The position numbers were made by a program, and so were the translations under genes. From a virus, in the UHGV virus genome UHGV-1362809: a stretch of 64,000 nt of DNA. One strand, 5' to 3'. Of the stretch, positions 9,156 to 19,861 are shown one piece after another. The first letter of the stretch is position 1; each line of letters opens with the position of its first letter. The notes under the pieces are model-generated. The model was not told where the DNA came from and ran no database searches. It saw only the letters and a list, made by a program, of their open reading frames with translations.

Positions 9156-9164
9156 GAGACCAAA

Positions 9165-9308
9165 ATGAAAACAATTAAAAACACGGCTAATTATGCCATT
9201 GATTTAAAATCTACTGATGGTGATTCTGTTACGGTTAATCCTGGCGTGTCAAAAGTAGATGATAAATTTTTGGTTAATTTACCTCCCAAAATTATTATAT
9301 TAAAATAA
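9165..9308 (+). CDS. small protein (47 aa)
   Basis: Strong SD TAGGAGACCAAAATG. Below the ORF-track size cutoff. Confidence 0.35.
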   Translation: MKTIKNTANYAIDLKSTDGDSVTVNPGVSKVDDKFLVNLPPKIIILK

Positions 9309-9442
9309 TGACTTTATGCTTAATGTAAAATCAATCCGAAAACTTGTTAATAGCATAGCTAAAGAATACTCAGAACTATGTGAAATTAGTTCCAAGACAT
9401 TAGCATAAAATCCGAAGTATGACAAAGTACGCTCTAAAATAA

Positions 9443-9966
9443 AAACCTATATTTGGTGATTTTTACTGCCCGCAACTGTTGTACTGGATTGCTAATGATA
9501 CAGTTGAAAAAGATTGTGTATGCCATAAATGTGGGCGTCATACAAAATGGAATTATACAACACACTGCTATAATACTTTTTGTAGTAGGGAGTGATAAAG
9601 GAATAGAAACTAAGCGTGTTAATAATACATTAAATAGTTCTAACCCTGAAAAACAGGTATTGGAATTATTATGTACAAGGTATAAGAACGTAAAGGTTCA
9701 GTACAAGACTGATTTGTATCCTTGGCACTGCGATTTTTATATTCCTTGAATAAAGACTTGTATAGAACTCAACTTTCCTTGGACACACGGTTCCGAACCC
9801 TACAACAGTAGGTCTAAACTGCACGAACAAAAGTTAGCGGATTGGAAACAGAAAAGCCTAAAATCAAAATTTTATTCAACAGCTATTTATGTTTGGACAC
9901 GTCTTGACGTGCAAAAGCGTAAATGTGCTAAAACAAATAATCTAAAATACTATGAATTTTATAGTA
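9443..9966 (+). pseudogene. decayed gene remnant (Cys-rich zinc-finger-like frame, frameshift, in-frame TGA)
   Basis: Protein-like translation without a start codon: DFYCPQLLYWIANDTVEKDCVCHKCGRH in frame 2, then a frame-0 continuation interrupted by TGA at 9747-9749. This 700-bp stretch has low coding density. Confidence 0.2.
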
Positions 9967-10004
9967 TGCAACAGTTTTAAATTTCTTTTATAGGAGAAAT
10001 TAGC

Positions 10005-12602
10005 ATGAGTTTTGGCATCACGGCTGGGGTGTACATGTATGAAGTTGATAGAAGTAGCTTTGTTACTTCTACAGCGACATCTATTGGGGCTTGCGTGGCA
10101 GGTTTAAAACAGGGTCCTTTAGGTCCTAAGTATATTACCTCTACGGAAGAGTTCCTTAGATACTACGGAGAAACCCCTGCTTCTTGGAGTAAAGCTCCTT
10201 ATTGTATCAAGGCTGCCCTAAGGCAGACTTCTATGTTTTATGTCAATCGTGTTGTTAATGGAGCTTTGTACGGTGGTACGGCATACTTTAATGACGTTGA
10301 CAATAATCGCACAATGACGGCTCCTTTTCCTACGGGGTCTTCTTTGGACTACGAAAGTGGCTCTCGTTCGTTGAGTCTATTGACTTTAAGTTCCTATTTA
10401 TCTGAAGGTCAGAAAATTTCAGTTGGCATCAATGATGGTGAAAACAACATCGTTACTGTTGAACAGGAATTTTCAACTTCTTCTAACGAAACATTGTTAG
10501 ATTTTGCCACTAAGATTAACGACGAGCTGGCTAAACTGGGTAGTGGTGGTAATGCGTCCGTTATTAAAGAATGGACGAGTGCCGCTCGTAATCAGCAAAT
10601 TACCCTAACATTTAACGAACAGCTAACTGCTGAAAACTTTACAAAAATTAGCGGTAAGATACTTCCCTTAGGTGGTGTAGCTCAACCGTATGAAGTTGGA
10701 TTTACTGAATCCAATGACAAAACACTTCAGGCTATCGCCGATGCCTTTAGTAAAATTGTTGGGTTTAATGCCGCCGTCGTTCCCGGATTGACTGGTGAAA
10801 ACAGCAACCGTAGTATTCAAATCAATAGTGAATTAGCTGGTCCTGATAACTTCACCCTCCAATTTCAAATTGAAGGAACGGCTACTGCAAGTCAGAGTGT
10901 TACTAAGCAGGGTCATGGTGTGTATGACGACCGAGTGATTCAGGTGACCTTCCCAGAAAATAGTCAGGCTTTCTTTGCGGATCCTGATGTTACTGGTAAT
11001 GCTGCCCCTGTACTTTCTATTCAGACCGATGTGAAGTTTTTAGACATTTTTGCGCAGAATCCTGGCGAATGGGCTAATAACTATGGCGTAAAAATAACGA
11101 ATGTTGACTTGGGTATTGCTTCTAGACATACCATTACATTGTCTCAGGCACTATTGCCTACAAACATCATTTCAGCTGACCTAATTTGGAAAGGTGAAAC
11201 GCATACAGTAGCAGTAGAGTTTAGTCAAACCAGTGATAACACCTTAGACCTATTTGCTAAGGCTATTACAGAAAAACTTGCTCCTTTGGGTGGTTTCGGT
11301 GAAGCTTTTGTTACAAAGGTTGCCGGAGGCTACGATAATGACAGAGACGTTATTGTTGTTTCTCCTAATGCTGAAGACGATTTAGAAATCGAAAATGTAA
11401 TCGTTACTGGAGGAACGAGTCAGGCTATTTGCACCGTTAAAAAGACATTAGATGCTATTCCTTCTTCCCGTACATTTACTTTAAGCGTGTATTCAAGAAG
11501 CGATATAAACACCCCTATTGAAACGTTCAAATGCGCCTTTAATAAACAAACTGATAGCAATGGTAATCAGTTGTTCGTTGAAGACGTTGTTAATAACGAA
11601 TCCAGCGGTTCTATTTATATTCGTGTGAAGACCAATCCAAGTGCGGAATTAAAAATCTTGCAGGAAGATTCGGTTATCAGATGGATGGCAGCTGGTGACG
11701 ATGGTGCATTACCGACAAACGCACAAATCATCAAGGGCTGGAATGATTTTGAAGACCCAGAAAAAATTACCGTGCGTGTTTTGATTAACGGTGGTTATAC
11801 GAACGTTGCAGTTCAGCAAGCAATGGATAGTTTAGCACAGTCCCGTAAGGATTGCTTCGCAATTTTGGATTGCCCAAGTGATAAACAATCTGCTACTGCC
11901 TATGTCAACTATCGTAAATATGATCTCAATATCAATAGTAGTTATTCGGCTATTTATGGACCAGACCTATTGATTACAGATGATACTACGGGCGAACAGT
12001 TGTATGTTCCTCCCAGTGGTCACGTTGCCGCACAGTATTTCTATACTGATTCAGTAAGAGATACTTGGTGGGCTCCTGCGGGTCTTAACCGTGGTCTTGT
12101 TCTTAATGTTCAAGGGTTGAGATTCCAGTATGGTAAAGGCGATAGACCCATTTTGGATATGGCTCAGTGCAACTACATTCGTAGTATGTCTGGTCTTGGT
12201 TACCCAATTTGGTCTGAACACACTTTGCAGTCTAAATCAAGTGCGCTGAGCGACGTTCACGTTAGACGTTTGCTTATTACTCTTGAAGTTAGTATTGCCG
12301 ATTACTTGCAGTATGGTTTGTTTGATCCTAATGACCAGTACACCAGAGACGCTTTGGTGGATAGCATTAGAGATTACTTGACAACTATTCAGCGTCGCCG
12401 TGCGTTCCAGATTACCACCGAGGGTGAAGATGGGTTCTATGTCGTTAGCGATGAATCCAACAACCCTGCGGAACAGGTTGACCAAGGCATTATGGTGATT
12501 GACGTAGCTATTAAGCCTATTAGAGTTGCGAAATTCATCAGACTTAATGTTACGATTGCTAAGACAAGTGCTAACTTTACTGAACTATTAGAAGCAGCGT
12601 AA
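10005..12602 (+). CDS. putative contractile tail sheath protein
   Basis: 865 aa with a strong SD, immediately followed by a 181-aa tube-sized gene. Assignment rests on gene order and size. Confidence 0.5.
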   Translation: MSFGITAGVYMYEVDRSSFVTSTATSIGACVAGLKQGPLGPKYITSTEEFLRYYGETPASWSKAPYCIKAALRQTSMFYVNRVVNGALYGGTAYFNDVDNNRTMTAPFPTGSSLDYESGSRSLSLLTLSSYLSEGQKISVGINDGENNIVTVEQEFSTSSNETLLDFATKINDELAKLGSGGNASVIKEWTSAARNQQITLTFNEQLTAENFTKISGKILPLGGVAQPYEVGFTESNDKTLQAIADAFSKIVGFNAAVVPGLTGENSNRSIQINSELAGPDNFTLQFQIEGTATASQSVTKQGHGVYDDRVIQVTFPENSQAFFADPDVTGNAAPVLSIQTDVKFLDIFAQNPGEWANNYGVKITNVDLGIASRHTITLSQALLPTNIISADLIWKGETHTVAVEFSQTSDNTLDLFAKAITEKLAPLGGFGEAFVTKVAGGYDNDRDVIVVSPNAEDDLEIENVIVTGGTSQAICTVKKTLDAIPSSRTFTLSVYSRSDINTPIETFKCAFNKQTDSNGNQLFVEDVVNNESSGSIYIRVKTNPSAELKILQEDSVIRWMAAGDDGALPTNAQIIKGWNDFEDPEKITVRVLINGGYTNVAVQQAMDSLAQSRKDCFAILDCPSDKQSATAYVNYRKYDLNINSSYSAIYGPDLLITDDTTGEQLYVPPSGHVAAQYFYTDSVRDTWWAPAGLNRGLVLNVQGLRFQYGKGDRPILDMAQCNYIRSMSGLGYPIWSEHTLQSKSSALSDVHVRRLLITLEVSIADYLQYGLFDPNDQYTRDALVDSIRDYLTTIQRRRAFQITTEGEDGFYVVSDESNNPAEQVDQGIMVIDVAIKPIRVAKFIRLNVTIAKTSANFTELLEAA

Positions 12603-12613
12603 TGGAGGAATAA

Positions 12614-13159
12614 ATGGTTACTCGTTATAATTATACAACAGAAACGTTGGGTAATCTAACCGACGTAATGACGACGGACGCATTTATTGTGCAGTTCGCC
12701 AAGATACCAAGTTTGAGTGGTACTTCTACCGACTTGGCTCTAAGATGTTCAGGTGTTTCGTTGCCCGGCGTTTCAAACCAAAAAGTTCCTGTTGACATTC
12801 ATGGCTATCAGATGTACTTCCGTGGTAAGAAAACAACGGGTGGCGGTGATATTACTTTGACATTTACCGAGTTTAAGGACGTCAAGGTAGGAAAGACCTT
12901 AATGAGTTGGCACGAATTTGTTGTTGGCACTTCAACTGGTAACTCTAAAGGTTATAAATCAGTGTATTCAACAACGATGACAGTCACAGCGTTTGATGTA
13001 ACTGGTAAGGCAGCCTTGCAGTATAGATGTTTTAATGTGTTTCCAACAAGTGTTCCTGGAGTTACTTTAGATAGTACGAACGTTACTCCAATGCAATTAC
13101 AGTGTACATTTAGCACAGACTACTATTTGCAAGTGCAACCTCTCGTGTTGCCATTGTAA
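12614..13159 (+). CDS. putative tail tube protein
   Basis: 181 aa, GGAGG SD, directly downstream of the sheath-sized gene and followed by a terminator. Confidence 0.45.
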   Translation: MVTRYNYTTETLGNLTDVMTTDAFIVQFAKIPSLSGTSTDLALRCSGVSLPGVSNQKVPVDIHGYQMYFRGKKTTGGGDITLTFTEFKDVKVGKTLMSWHEFVVGTSTGNSKGYKSVYSTTMTVTAFDVTGKAALQYRCFNVFPTSVPGVTLDSTNVTPMQLQCTFSTDYYLQVQPLVLPL

Positions 13160-13165
13160 CAAATT

Positions 13166-13200
13166 CGGGTGTGCAGGGAAACTTGCGCACCCGATAATTT
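13166..13200 (+). terminator. rho-independent terminator
   Basis: GGGTGTGCAG...TTGCGCACCC hairpin followed by an AT-rich tract. Confidence 0.55.
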
Positions 13201-13210
13201 TTATATATAA
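13194..13210 (+). promoter_or_regulatory. conserved AT-rich promoter-like motif (copy 2)
   Basis: ATAATTTTTATATATAA sits right after the terminator, about 25 nt upstream of the ATG at 13233. Confidence 0.4.
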
Positions 13211-13232
13211 CAGTTTTATGGGGTAATATAAT

Positions 13233-13706
13233 ATGCCTATTAATGTAGTAGACGGGTTTAATATATCAAGTGCGTTACCCTTAGACTTGCGTACTGTGTA
13301 CAATACAGTGGAGGAAGCACTTGTAAGCATACACGAATACCAAAGATACGATGGACTTACTGTTTGGATTAAATCCTTACAAAAGTCCTACAGATTTGTT
13401 GGTGGTACGGATAATTCAAATTTCCAGGAAGTAAAAACAGGTAGTACTGGTGGCGCAGGTGTAAAGTATTTTGAATATAGTTTTACAGAGCAAGATTTTG
13501 ACGAGCAGTCTAAGCTATTGAGTATAAAGTCCCCCCAACATGGTTTAGGAAATAAAATTATAGTTGGATACGTACAAAAAAATATTGACTCTAAGTGGTG
13601 TGACGTTTTGTATGATTACTGTGTACAGGACGGAAATATCATATTAGATTTGGGTATCCCTTCAAGCGGAAGGGTACTATTATTTTCAGTTGAAGGAGGT
13701 AACTAA
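13233..13706 (+). CDS. hypothetical protein
   Basis: 157-aa ORF between the tube gene and the fibre gene. Confidence 0.45.
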   Translation: MPINVVDGFNISSALPLDLRTVYNTVEEALVSIHEYQRYDGLTVWIKSLQKSYRFVGGTDNSNFQEVKTGSTGGAGVKYFEYSFTEQDFDEQSKLLSIKSPQHGLGNKIIVGYVQKNIDSKWCDVLYDYCVQDGNIILDLGIPSSGRVLLFSVEGGN

Positions 13707-15574
13707 TGTCTGTAGAGTTATTAGGTACTACTAAAAGACAGTTTATAGACCAGTTAAATACTGAATTATCTTCTAAAGCTGATAGTGCCACTGTTAATAC
13801 TTTAGAGTCAACAGTGCTTGAACTTGATGATTCTTTAACGACTGTTAAGAATAATCAGTCTGAACTGGGGGATCAAGTACAAGGTATTCAGGCGGATACA
13901 AATACTCTCAAACAAAGTGTAACTGCTCTTTCCTCTGATATGAAGGCAACAAAAGAGGGTTTGGAAAATTTAACAACGCAGGTGCAGACAAATTATACTG
14001 ATTTAGACTCCGCACAAACAGTTTCCAATAAAACTTTGGTGGACGCTACAGTAAAAGATAAACTGCACATTGTTGGAGACAAATCCGTTGGTGAAACTTT
14101 CGATGTTTCCTTTGTCAATAACACAGCCCAGTTAGCCACTAATAATGGTTTAGATATTTTATCTAATACCACATTTTTGACTTTACCAAGCACAGAGGCT
14201 ACTACTTCCTACGATGAAGCTGACGTAAAAAACTTTGTCACTAAACAGATGGTATCCCAGGCTGTTAGTAAAGTATCGGAAGGTTATGTAGACTTAGATT
14301 CTAAACAGACTCTAAAAAATAAAACCTTAGAATTTCCTACTATTACTAAGGAATTAGTTATAGAAAATGATGCGACCGCAGGGGAAGTTTTGACCGTCAA
14401 GTTTATGGACGGAACTCCTCAAATTGGGTCTAATAATGAAATTGATTTTCTTAACAAAGTAGACTTTATGGTGTTGCCTGTTACTCAGGATAACACAACG
14501 TTTGATGTAGCTGAAAATAATTCCTTTATAACAAAAGGTATGGCTCAGGGTAATTTTATTACTGCCACACAACAGACGTTTACAGAGGAACAAAAAACTA
14601 CTATACGGTCTAACATAGACGCACTTCAAGGGTCTGTGTACTCCGCAAAAATAGAAAATTTGGACTCTTCCGTAGGAGGCATACAAACCGCTATACAAGG
14701 TATAAACTCCGATATATCTACCATAAATTCTTCATTGGAGAATAAGGCTGATAAAAGTACTACTTTGCAGGGTTATGGAATTGAAGACGCTTACACAAAA
14801 AATGAGATAGACACTCAGATTAGCGACCTCGACTCAAAAATATCTAGCATAGATACTTCTACTTTTGTTGCTGTGAAACCACAAACTTGGACAGACGCAC
14901 AGAAGTTACAGGCTCGCACAAATATAGGTGTTCCTTCAAAAGTTAGTGAACTTTCTAACGACCTAAACTTCATAGATAAAAATGTTTCTGACCTGACTAA
15001 TTATACCACTACAACTGTTTTAAATCAGCAGTTAGCTCAAAAACAAAAAACTCTAATTGCTGGTTATGGTATAACCATAGAAGACGATGGTACGATTAGT
15101 TCCACAGGTGGCGGTGGAGGTGGTACGATAGATGCATATACAAAAGCTCAGTGCGATGAAAAGTTTGGGCTTAAGCAGTACCAACACTGGCACGATAATA
15201 AGGATATTTTGGACGATTTAACGGTTGTTAATGACGACACCCTGTTATTCAGAGGTAAGCCTGTTGCCGTAATGGCTACTAAGGTGTTTAACCACACCTA
15301 CACAGGAAACACGGACAGTATCCAACAGGTATTGGATATCAGTCAAGTGTTTGCCCAAGTAGCTGGTACTGCAATTTATAATCAGCAGTTTACTATCGGC
15401 AATATGTCAACGTCAGACACTTTGACAGTGCAAGTTAAACAGGAAGATTTAGTAATTCTAAATCAAGTAATAAAAGCCTCCGAAGTACAATCTTATGAAT
15501 TAAATCATAGTAGTAGCCTAAAAATCCTTATAAAAGGAAATTATAAGCTTATTTATGATTTGATTGCTTTTTAA
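13706..15574 (+). CDS. fibrous structural protein (tail fibre/fibritin-like) with internal tandem duplication
   Basis: GGAGG SD. N-terminal coiled-coil-like region. Two roughly 95-aa repeats (YTDLDSAQTV... and YVDLDSKQTL...). A Gly6 tract. Confidence 0.6.
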   Translation: MSVELLGTTKRQFIDQLNTELSSKADSATVNTLESTVLELDDSLTTVKNNQSELGDQVQGIQADTNTLKQSVTALSSDMKATKEGLENLTTQVQTNYTDLDSAQTVSNKTLVDATVKDKLHIVGDKSVGETFDVSFVNNTAQLATNNGLDILSNTTFLTLPSTEATTSYDEADVKNFVTKQMVSQAVSKVSEGYVDLDSKQTLKNKTLEFPTITKELVIENDATAGEVLTVKFMDGTPQIGSNNEIDFLNKVDFMVLPVTQDNTTFDVAENNSFITKGMAQGNFITATQQTFTEEQKTTIRSNIDALQGSVYSAKIENLDSSVGGIQTAIQGINSDISTINSSLENKADKSTTLQGYGIEDAYTKNEIDTQISDLDSKISSIDTSTFVAVKPQTWTDAQKLQARTNIGVPSKVSELSNDLNFIDKNVSDLTNYTTTTVLNQQLAQKQKTLIAGYGITIEDDGTISSTGGGGGGTIDAYTKAQCDEKFGLKQYQHWHDNKDILDDLTVVNDDTLLFRGKPVAVMATKVFNHTYTGNTDSIQQVLDISQVFAQVAGTAIYNQQFTIGNMSTSDTLTVQVKQEDLVILNQVIKASEVQSYELNHSSSLKILIKGNYKLIYDLIAF

Positions 15575-15586
15575 AAGGGATAAGAA

Positions 15587-17008
15587 ATGAGTTTACCTAT
15601 TTTATCTTCTAACACAATTCAAGCTATGGTGACTCCTTGGTGTACTTATAGGGGTCAGCAAGCTTACGATAACACAAACTTAGCACCTCTGTTGAGTATG
15701 CCAAAAATACAAGATGTTACTTGTGACGTAGTGGCAGGCAAGACAAGTAATTCAGGTTACACTTTAGAAGGAACTACGTATCAGTCTAAATATGATCCTA
15801 ACTGGTATATATGTTTTACTTCCAGTACTGAGGCTGTTGTATTTTCATCTAAGTATAGCCATACTAAAATTACTTTTACTTCTCCTATAATGCAGATAAT
15901 AGATGAAAGTTTGGATAAAATATATTTTACTTATGGAGAACTTAAATTTTCAGGTAGTTTAACAGACTACTGTTTCTGTGGTGTTATAGTACTAAATAAG
16001 CAAACAAATACTATCACGCCTATACAAATGCTTAATGCCTATAATATTCCTGCCTTTTATTGCATCTGGGAGTCACAAAATACATATTTGTTTGCTGTCA
16101 CTAATGGAAGTGGTTTTAGTAATACTGGGTATGTTAATCTGATGCAATATAACTATACTACTAATTCTTACTCTATTGTACGCACATATAAATACACAGA
16201 TAATAGATACAGTTATTATAATGATATAAGATATTCTAAAGTAGTAGATGGCTATTTTTATGGCGGCTATACCAATGGAAGTATATGGTATTTATTTAAA
16301 GCAAGTATTGACAGCAGCTCCTTGTATCAGATGGAGTGTAGTGAATCTTCTTCACTTTACAATAGTTCTGTGTATAAACAAGTATTTCCAACTAAGGATA
16401 AAGATGGCAACATTTATATCTCTCTATATGAGAACTATATCAGTAATCAATCTGGGAGAATAAGAGTATACACGACGGAAGGATGGTCTTCTGACTTAGC
16501 AACTATTCCAACTATTTCTGCCGTTCAAACTATTAATTCAATTAGTCATTTAGTTGTTATTGATGAGGAAAACTTACTTGTGGGAAATGGAACTACCATT
16601 TCACGACTCCAGTGGAATAAAAACACTATTAGTTGGGAAACTAAATCTACCTTTGATGTAAATATGATGTATAATTATTTTTGTATGGATATAGCAGGTA
16701 GAATTTGGGTCAGGGGAGACAGTACAATAGTTCGTATACTTCCTGGACAAGGGGTAAACTTAATGTGTTCCTTTGAAAAGGATACATATCTATGGGAAGG
16801 TCAGAATATAAATACTATGGTTACTTTGAGCATCTTAGACCAGATAGGCAACTCTGTTACAACTGACCAAAAAGTACACCTATATGGCAATATAACTTTT
16901 GAGGACGGGTCCCAAACTAAGGTTCTAAGTTTTGATAAAGCCTCCGAATTATCGATTCCTGTGACAATAACGGGAGTAGGTAACATGGATTGTTTATTGG
17001 AGTTTTAA
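15587..17008 (+). CDS. Tyr/Ser-rich structural protein (paralog A)
   Basis: C-terminus (SELSIPVTITGVGNMD) resembles that of the next gene. Confidence 0.55.
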   Translation: MSLPILSSNTIQAMVTPWCTYRGQQAYDNTNLAPLLSMPKIQDVTCDVVAGKTSNSGYTLEGTTYQSKYDPNWYICFTSSTEAVVFSSKYSHTKITFTSPIMQIIDESLDKIYFTYGELKFSGSLTDYCFCGVIVLNKQTNTITPIQMLNAYNIPAFYCIWESQNTYLFAVTNGSGFSNTGYVNLMQYNYTTNSYSIVRTYKYTDNRYSYYNDIRYSKVVDGYFYGGYTNGSIWYLFKASIDSSSLYQMECSESSSLYNSSVYKQVFPTKDKDGNIYISLYENYISNQSGRIRVYTTEGWSSDLATIPTISAVQTINSISHLVVIDEENLLVGNGTTISRLQWNKNTISWETKSTFDVNMMYNYFCMDIAGRIWVRGDSTIVRILPGQGVNLMCSFEKDTYLWEGQNINTMVTLSILDQIGNSVTTDQKVHLYGNITFEDGSQTKVLSFDKASELSIPVTITGVGNMDCLLEF

Positions 17009-17010
17009 TA

Positions 17011-18663
17011 ATGAAATTACAGGTAAATTCAAATTTTTTCGGTATTTTTAATAATAACTATATTGCCTCCAGTCAATTATTAACAAGGGATTTTAAATGT
17101 TTCCCATTAACTTGTAGTGCTGTTGGTTTTGACAAAACAAATTCTTATTTGTATAGTTATAAAAATCCTATTTTGAAGTGTTCCACGAGTATAGGCGCCC
17201 GCAGAAATTTTCCTTGCTACCTTACTGGCTATGAAAATAATGGTGTGGACTATTTAGTGTATACAACACCAGAAGAAGAAATAACTGGTAGTAATAAGTT
17301 GTCATTTTCTAATAATTTAGTGGACTGCGTCTCCACGTCACAAATTGTTCCTTTACCAAGATATAAGACGCAGCTGTATTTATACGCTGATGGAGGAGAT
17401 GCTCAAGCTGGATCTAGCTCCTACTATTCTTATGGTAATCCTAATTTTTCGGGATTTAGCGTAAGAGACAGTGACGGTCACGCCTTGTTATGGTTTAACT
17501 TTTATACCAATGATGCCTATCATTGTTCTAACTATTGCTCTTATAGAATTATATCTCAGTCTTCAGAAAGGGACATAATAGGATTGGACACACTACATAG
17601 TGGAAGATCCGCAGCTACTGGATCTTCCACTACTGGTATATCTAACATTACTATCGATGATATTATCACTAAAAATTCCAAAACTAATAGGTTTTCTATT
17701 TTTTCTGTGGATAAAGACAAAGTAGGTAACTCTTATACTATAACCACCGATACCGATTGGGATATTACTATTTCCACAGATTACACAGACCAACAACCAG
17801 TGTTAGACACTCGGTGTTCCTTATCCATTGATAATTCCGATGGTACGTTTACACTTTATCAAGTTCGTAGACTTAAATCAGATAATAAAATTCTTGGTTT
17901 ATGGAAATTAGTAGGAAATGAGCAAGAGCATACTGTACAAGGCACTTTAATTACTATCGATGTTCCTATTCCTTTTGCTATTTATGACTGTACCAATAAG
18001 AGTAATACTTATAATTACCATACAGAGTACTACAGAGAAAATAATAAATCTTTTGTAACAGTAGTAGTTTGTGCTAACACAAATATGACTACTTATAGTG
18101 AGAACGTAGGCATTTACACTTATGAAGTAGACGAAACTGCAAATACAGCCACCTTTAAGGGGTCTTATAAAAATCCCAACAACTATATTATGAGCTACTT
18201 TATGATAGCCTCAAAAACTATGCTTACTGCCTCTCCACTTGGTTATGAAATTTTGAGTTTTGATACCACCGCAGGTGTTTGGAAAAAGACGGCTGGTAAA
18301 GATTTATCCTTAGATTGTATTGTATATGATGACGTTTCTAATGCACTATTTTATGTAGATACCTCTCATGTTGCGTACATGGATAAACTTGACTTAGCTA
18401 TGACTGCCGACTGGGGTTGGTCTAACCCCAACCAAATTTGGGAAGGCTCAGCTATAGATACTACCTTGTATATGTCTTGCGCTGACTATACAGGTAAATT
18501 AGTATCCCAAAACGTAACTTTGTACATAGAAGGAAATGCAGTGTTTACAGAGAATAATCTCAAATCAATTACTGTTTCTACTTCTGCTACTGATAAAATC
18601 TTGATTCCTGTACAAATTACTGGAGATGGTGTTATAACAGTTTCAGCAAAAGCCGCTATTTAA
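17011..18663 (+). CDS. Tyr/Ser-rich structural protein (paralog B)
   Basis: The track start at 16990 is TTG; the ATG at 17011 has a GGAG SD. C-terminus (KILIPVQITGDGVITVS) is similar to the previous gene. Confidence 0.55.
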   Translation: MKLQVNSNFFGIFNNNYIASSQLLTRDFKCFPLTCSAVGFDKTNSYLYSYKNPILKCSTSIGARRNFPCYLTGYENNGVDYLVYTTPEEEITGSNKLSFSNNLVDCVSTSQIVPLPRYKTQLYLYADGGDAQAGSSSYYSYGNPNFSGFSVRDSDGHALLWFNFYTNDAYHCSNYCSYRIISQSSERDIIGLDTLHSGRSAATGSSTTGISNITIDDIITKNSKTNRFSIFSVDKDKVGNSYTITTDTDWDITISTDYTDQQPVLDTRCSLSIDNSDGTFTLYQVRRLKSDNKILGLWKLVGNEQEHTVQGTLITIDVPIPFAIYDCTNKSNTYNYHTEYYRENNKSFVTVVVCANTNMTTYSENVGIYTYEVDETANTATFKGSYKNPNNYIMSYFMIASKTMLTASPLGYEILSFDTTAGVWKKTAGKDLSLDCIVYDDVSNALFYVDTSHVAYMDKLDLAMTADWGWSNPNQIWEGSAIDTTLYMSCADYTGKLVSQNVTLYIEGNAVFTENNLKSITVSTSATDKILIPVQITGDGVITVSAKAAI

Positions 18664-18675
18664 TAGGAGGCTACG

Positions 18676-19281
18676 ATGGCTAAAGTTATACAAACTTTAG
18701 GAAATTCACAGGTACGGATAACCAACGCACATTCTTTGTGCGTTGGTGACAATCATACTTTTGATTCCTACAACGATCTTGGTTATAGAAAATCAGATGG
18801 TACATCAGGAGATTTTTCGGATGTTGTCTGTGTTGAATACACCAACGTAGAATATCCTAAACCGCATTACCCGACAACTTCAAATCCTAATACCTGCTTA
18901 TTTGAACAACAGCAAATAGAAGTATATAGGAAACTGTATCAGTACCAGCCAGAAGATTTTTTGGTTACTTCTGTACCAGAGCAATTCAACACCACAAGAC
19001 AAATTATGGTGCCTAATTATTCCAAGGACGTTCAACCTGACGTGAATATTTCAAGCCTTGGTGATTTTGTTATTACAGTTCCAAAACAGAGATGGTTTAG
19101 TTTGCAGTTAGAAATTTCTGAAAACTCCAATTACACAGAATTGCCTCCTGGAGTAGAACTTAAAGGTAATACCTTACAGGGAATAGTTCAACAGTCTGGT
19201 ACTTGGAAGGGAACAATAACTTCCGGGACTACGATGGTTGGGTATACAATAGTTGTACCGGAAATTTTAAGAATAGGATAG
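18676..19281 (+). CDS. hypothetical protein
   Basis: SD AGGAGG. Confidence 0.5.
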   Translation: MAKVIQTLGNSQVRITNAHSLCVGDNHTFDSYNDLGYRKSDGTSGDFSDVVCVEYTNVEYPKPHYPTTSNPNTCLFEQQQIEVYRKLYQYQPEDFLVTSVPEQFNTTRQIMVPNYSKDVQPDVNISSLGDFVITVPKQRWFSLQLEISENSNYTELPPGVELKGNTLQGIVQQSGTWKGTITSGTTMVGYTIVVPEILRIG

Positions 19282-19285
19282 TACT

Positions 19286-19861
19286 ATGATTAAATATTAT
19301 ACAAATGGTTTCGAGTTTGCGGACGAAAACTGTAGGTTAGCACAATTTCACGATCCAGCAACAGGGTTACCTTTTGAAGGGTATGAAGAAGTTGCCCAGT
19401 ACGTCGTGGATAATGTTTATCCTTCCTACCCTAATATTATTGATGAGTCGTTTGATTGGTTTAATCAGAATGAAATAGAGTGTCCTAAGGCTATTTTGAC
19501 CTACAAATTAGATGACCTTAAATCCTTAAAATATCAGGAAATAAATGACTCTAAACAAAAAGCTCAGGATATTGGGGTACTATACAAAGGCTATCACTAT
19601 CAAATGGATGCAGATGGTAAAGCAAACATTTTGGGTATTCGTATTGCAATACAAGATGGTTCCTATACGCAGTTCCCTATTGCTTTCAAAACGTATGAAA
19701 ACAAATATGTACAGTTGTCAAAAGACGAATACATAGAAATGTCCAATGCGGCTTTAAACTTCGTGTACAAATGTCTTGAACAAAAAGAGACATTGTGTGC
19801 CAAAGTAAATGCGGCTACCTCTGTTGAGGAACTTGACGTAATTAAATGGGAGTTTGAATGA
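19286..19861 (+). CDS. hypothetical protein
   Basis: 191-aa ORF with an SD-like AGGATAG upstream. Confidence 0.5.
   Translation: MIKYYTNGFEFADENCRLAQFHDPATGLPFEGYEEVAQYVVDNVYPSYPNIIDESFDWFNQNEIECPKAILTYKLDDLKSLKYQEINDSKQKAQDIGVLYKGYHYQMDADGKANILGIRIAIQDGSYTQFPIAFKTYENKYVQLSKDEYIEMSNAALNFVYKCLEQKETLCAKVNAATSVEELDVIKWEFE

Noticed and set aside
9747-9749. In-frame TGA as a possible recoding event (Trp or selenocysteine)
   Set aside because: Genes elsewhere in the window use TGG for Trp and TGA as an ordinary stop. No SECIS-like hairpin is evident. Decay of the gene is more parsimonious.
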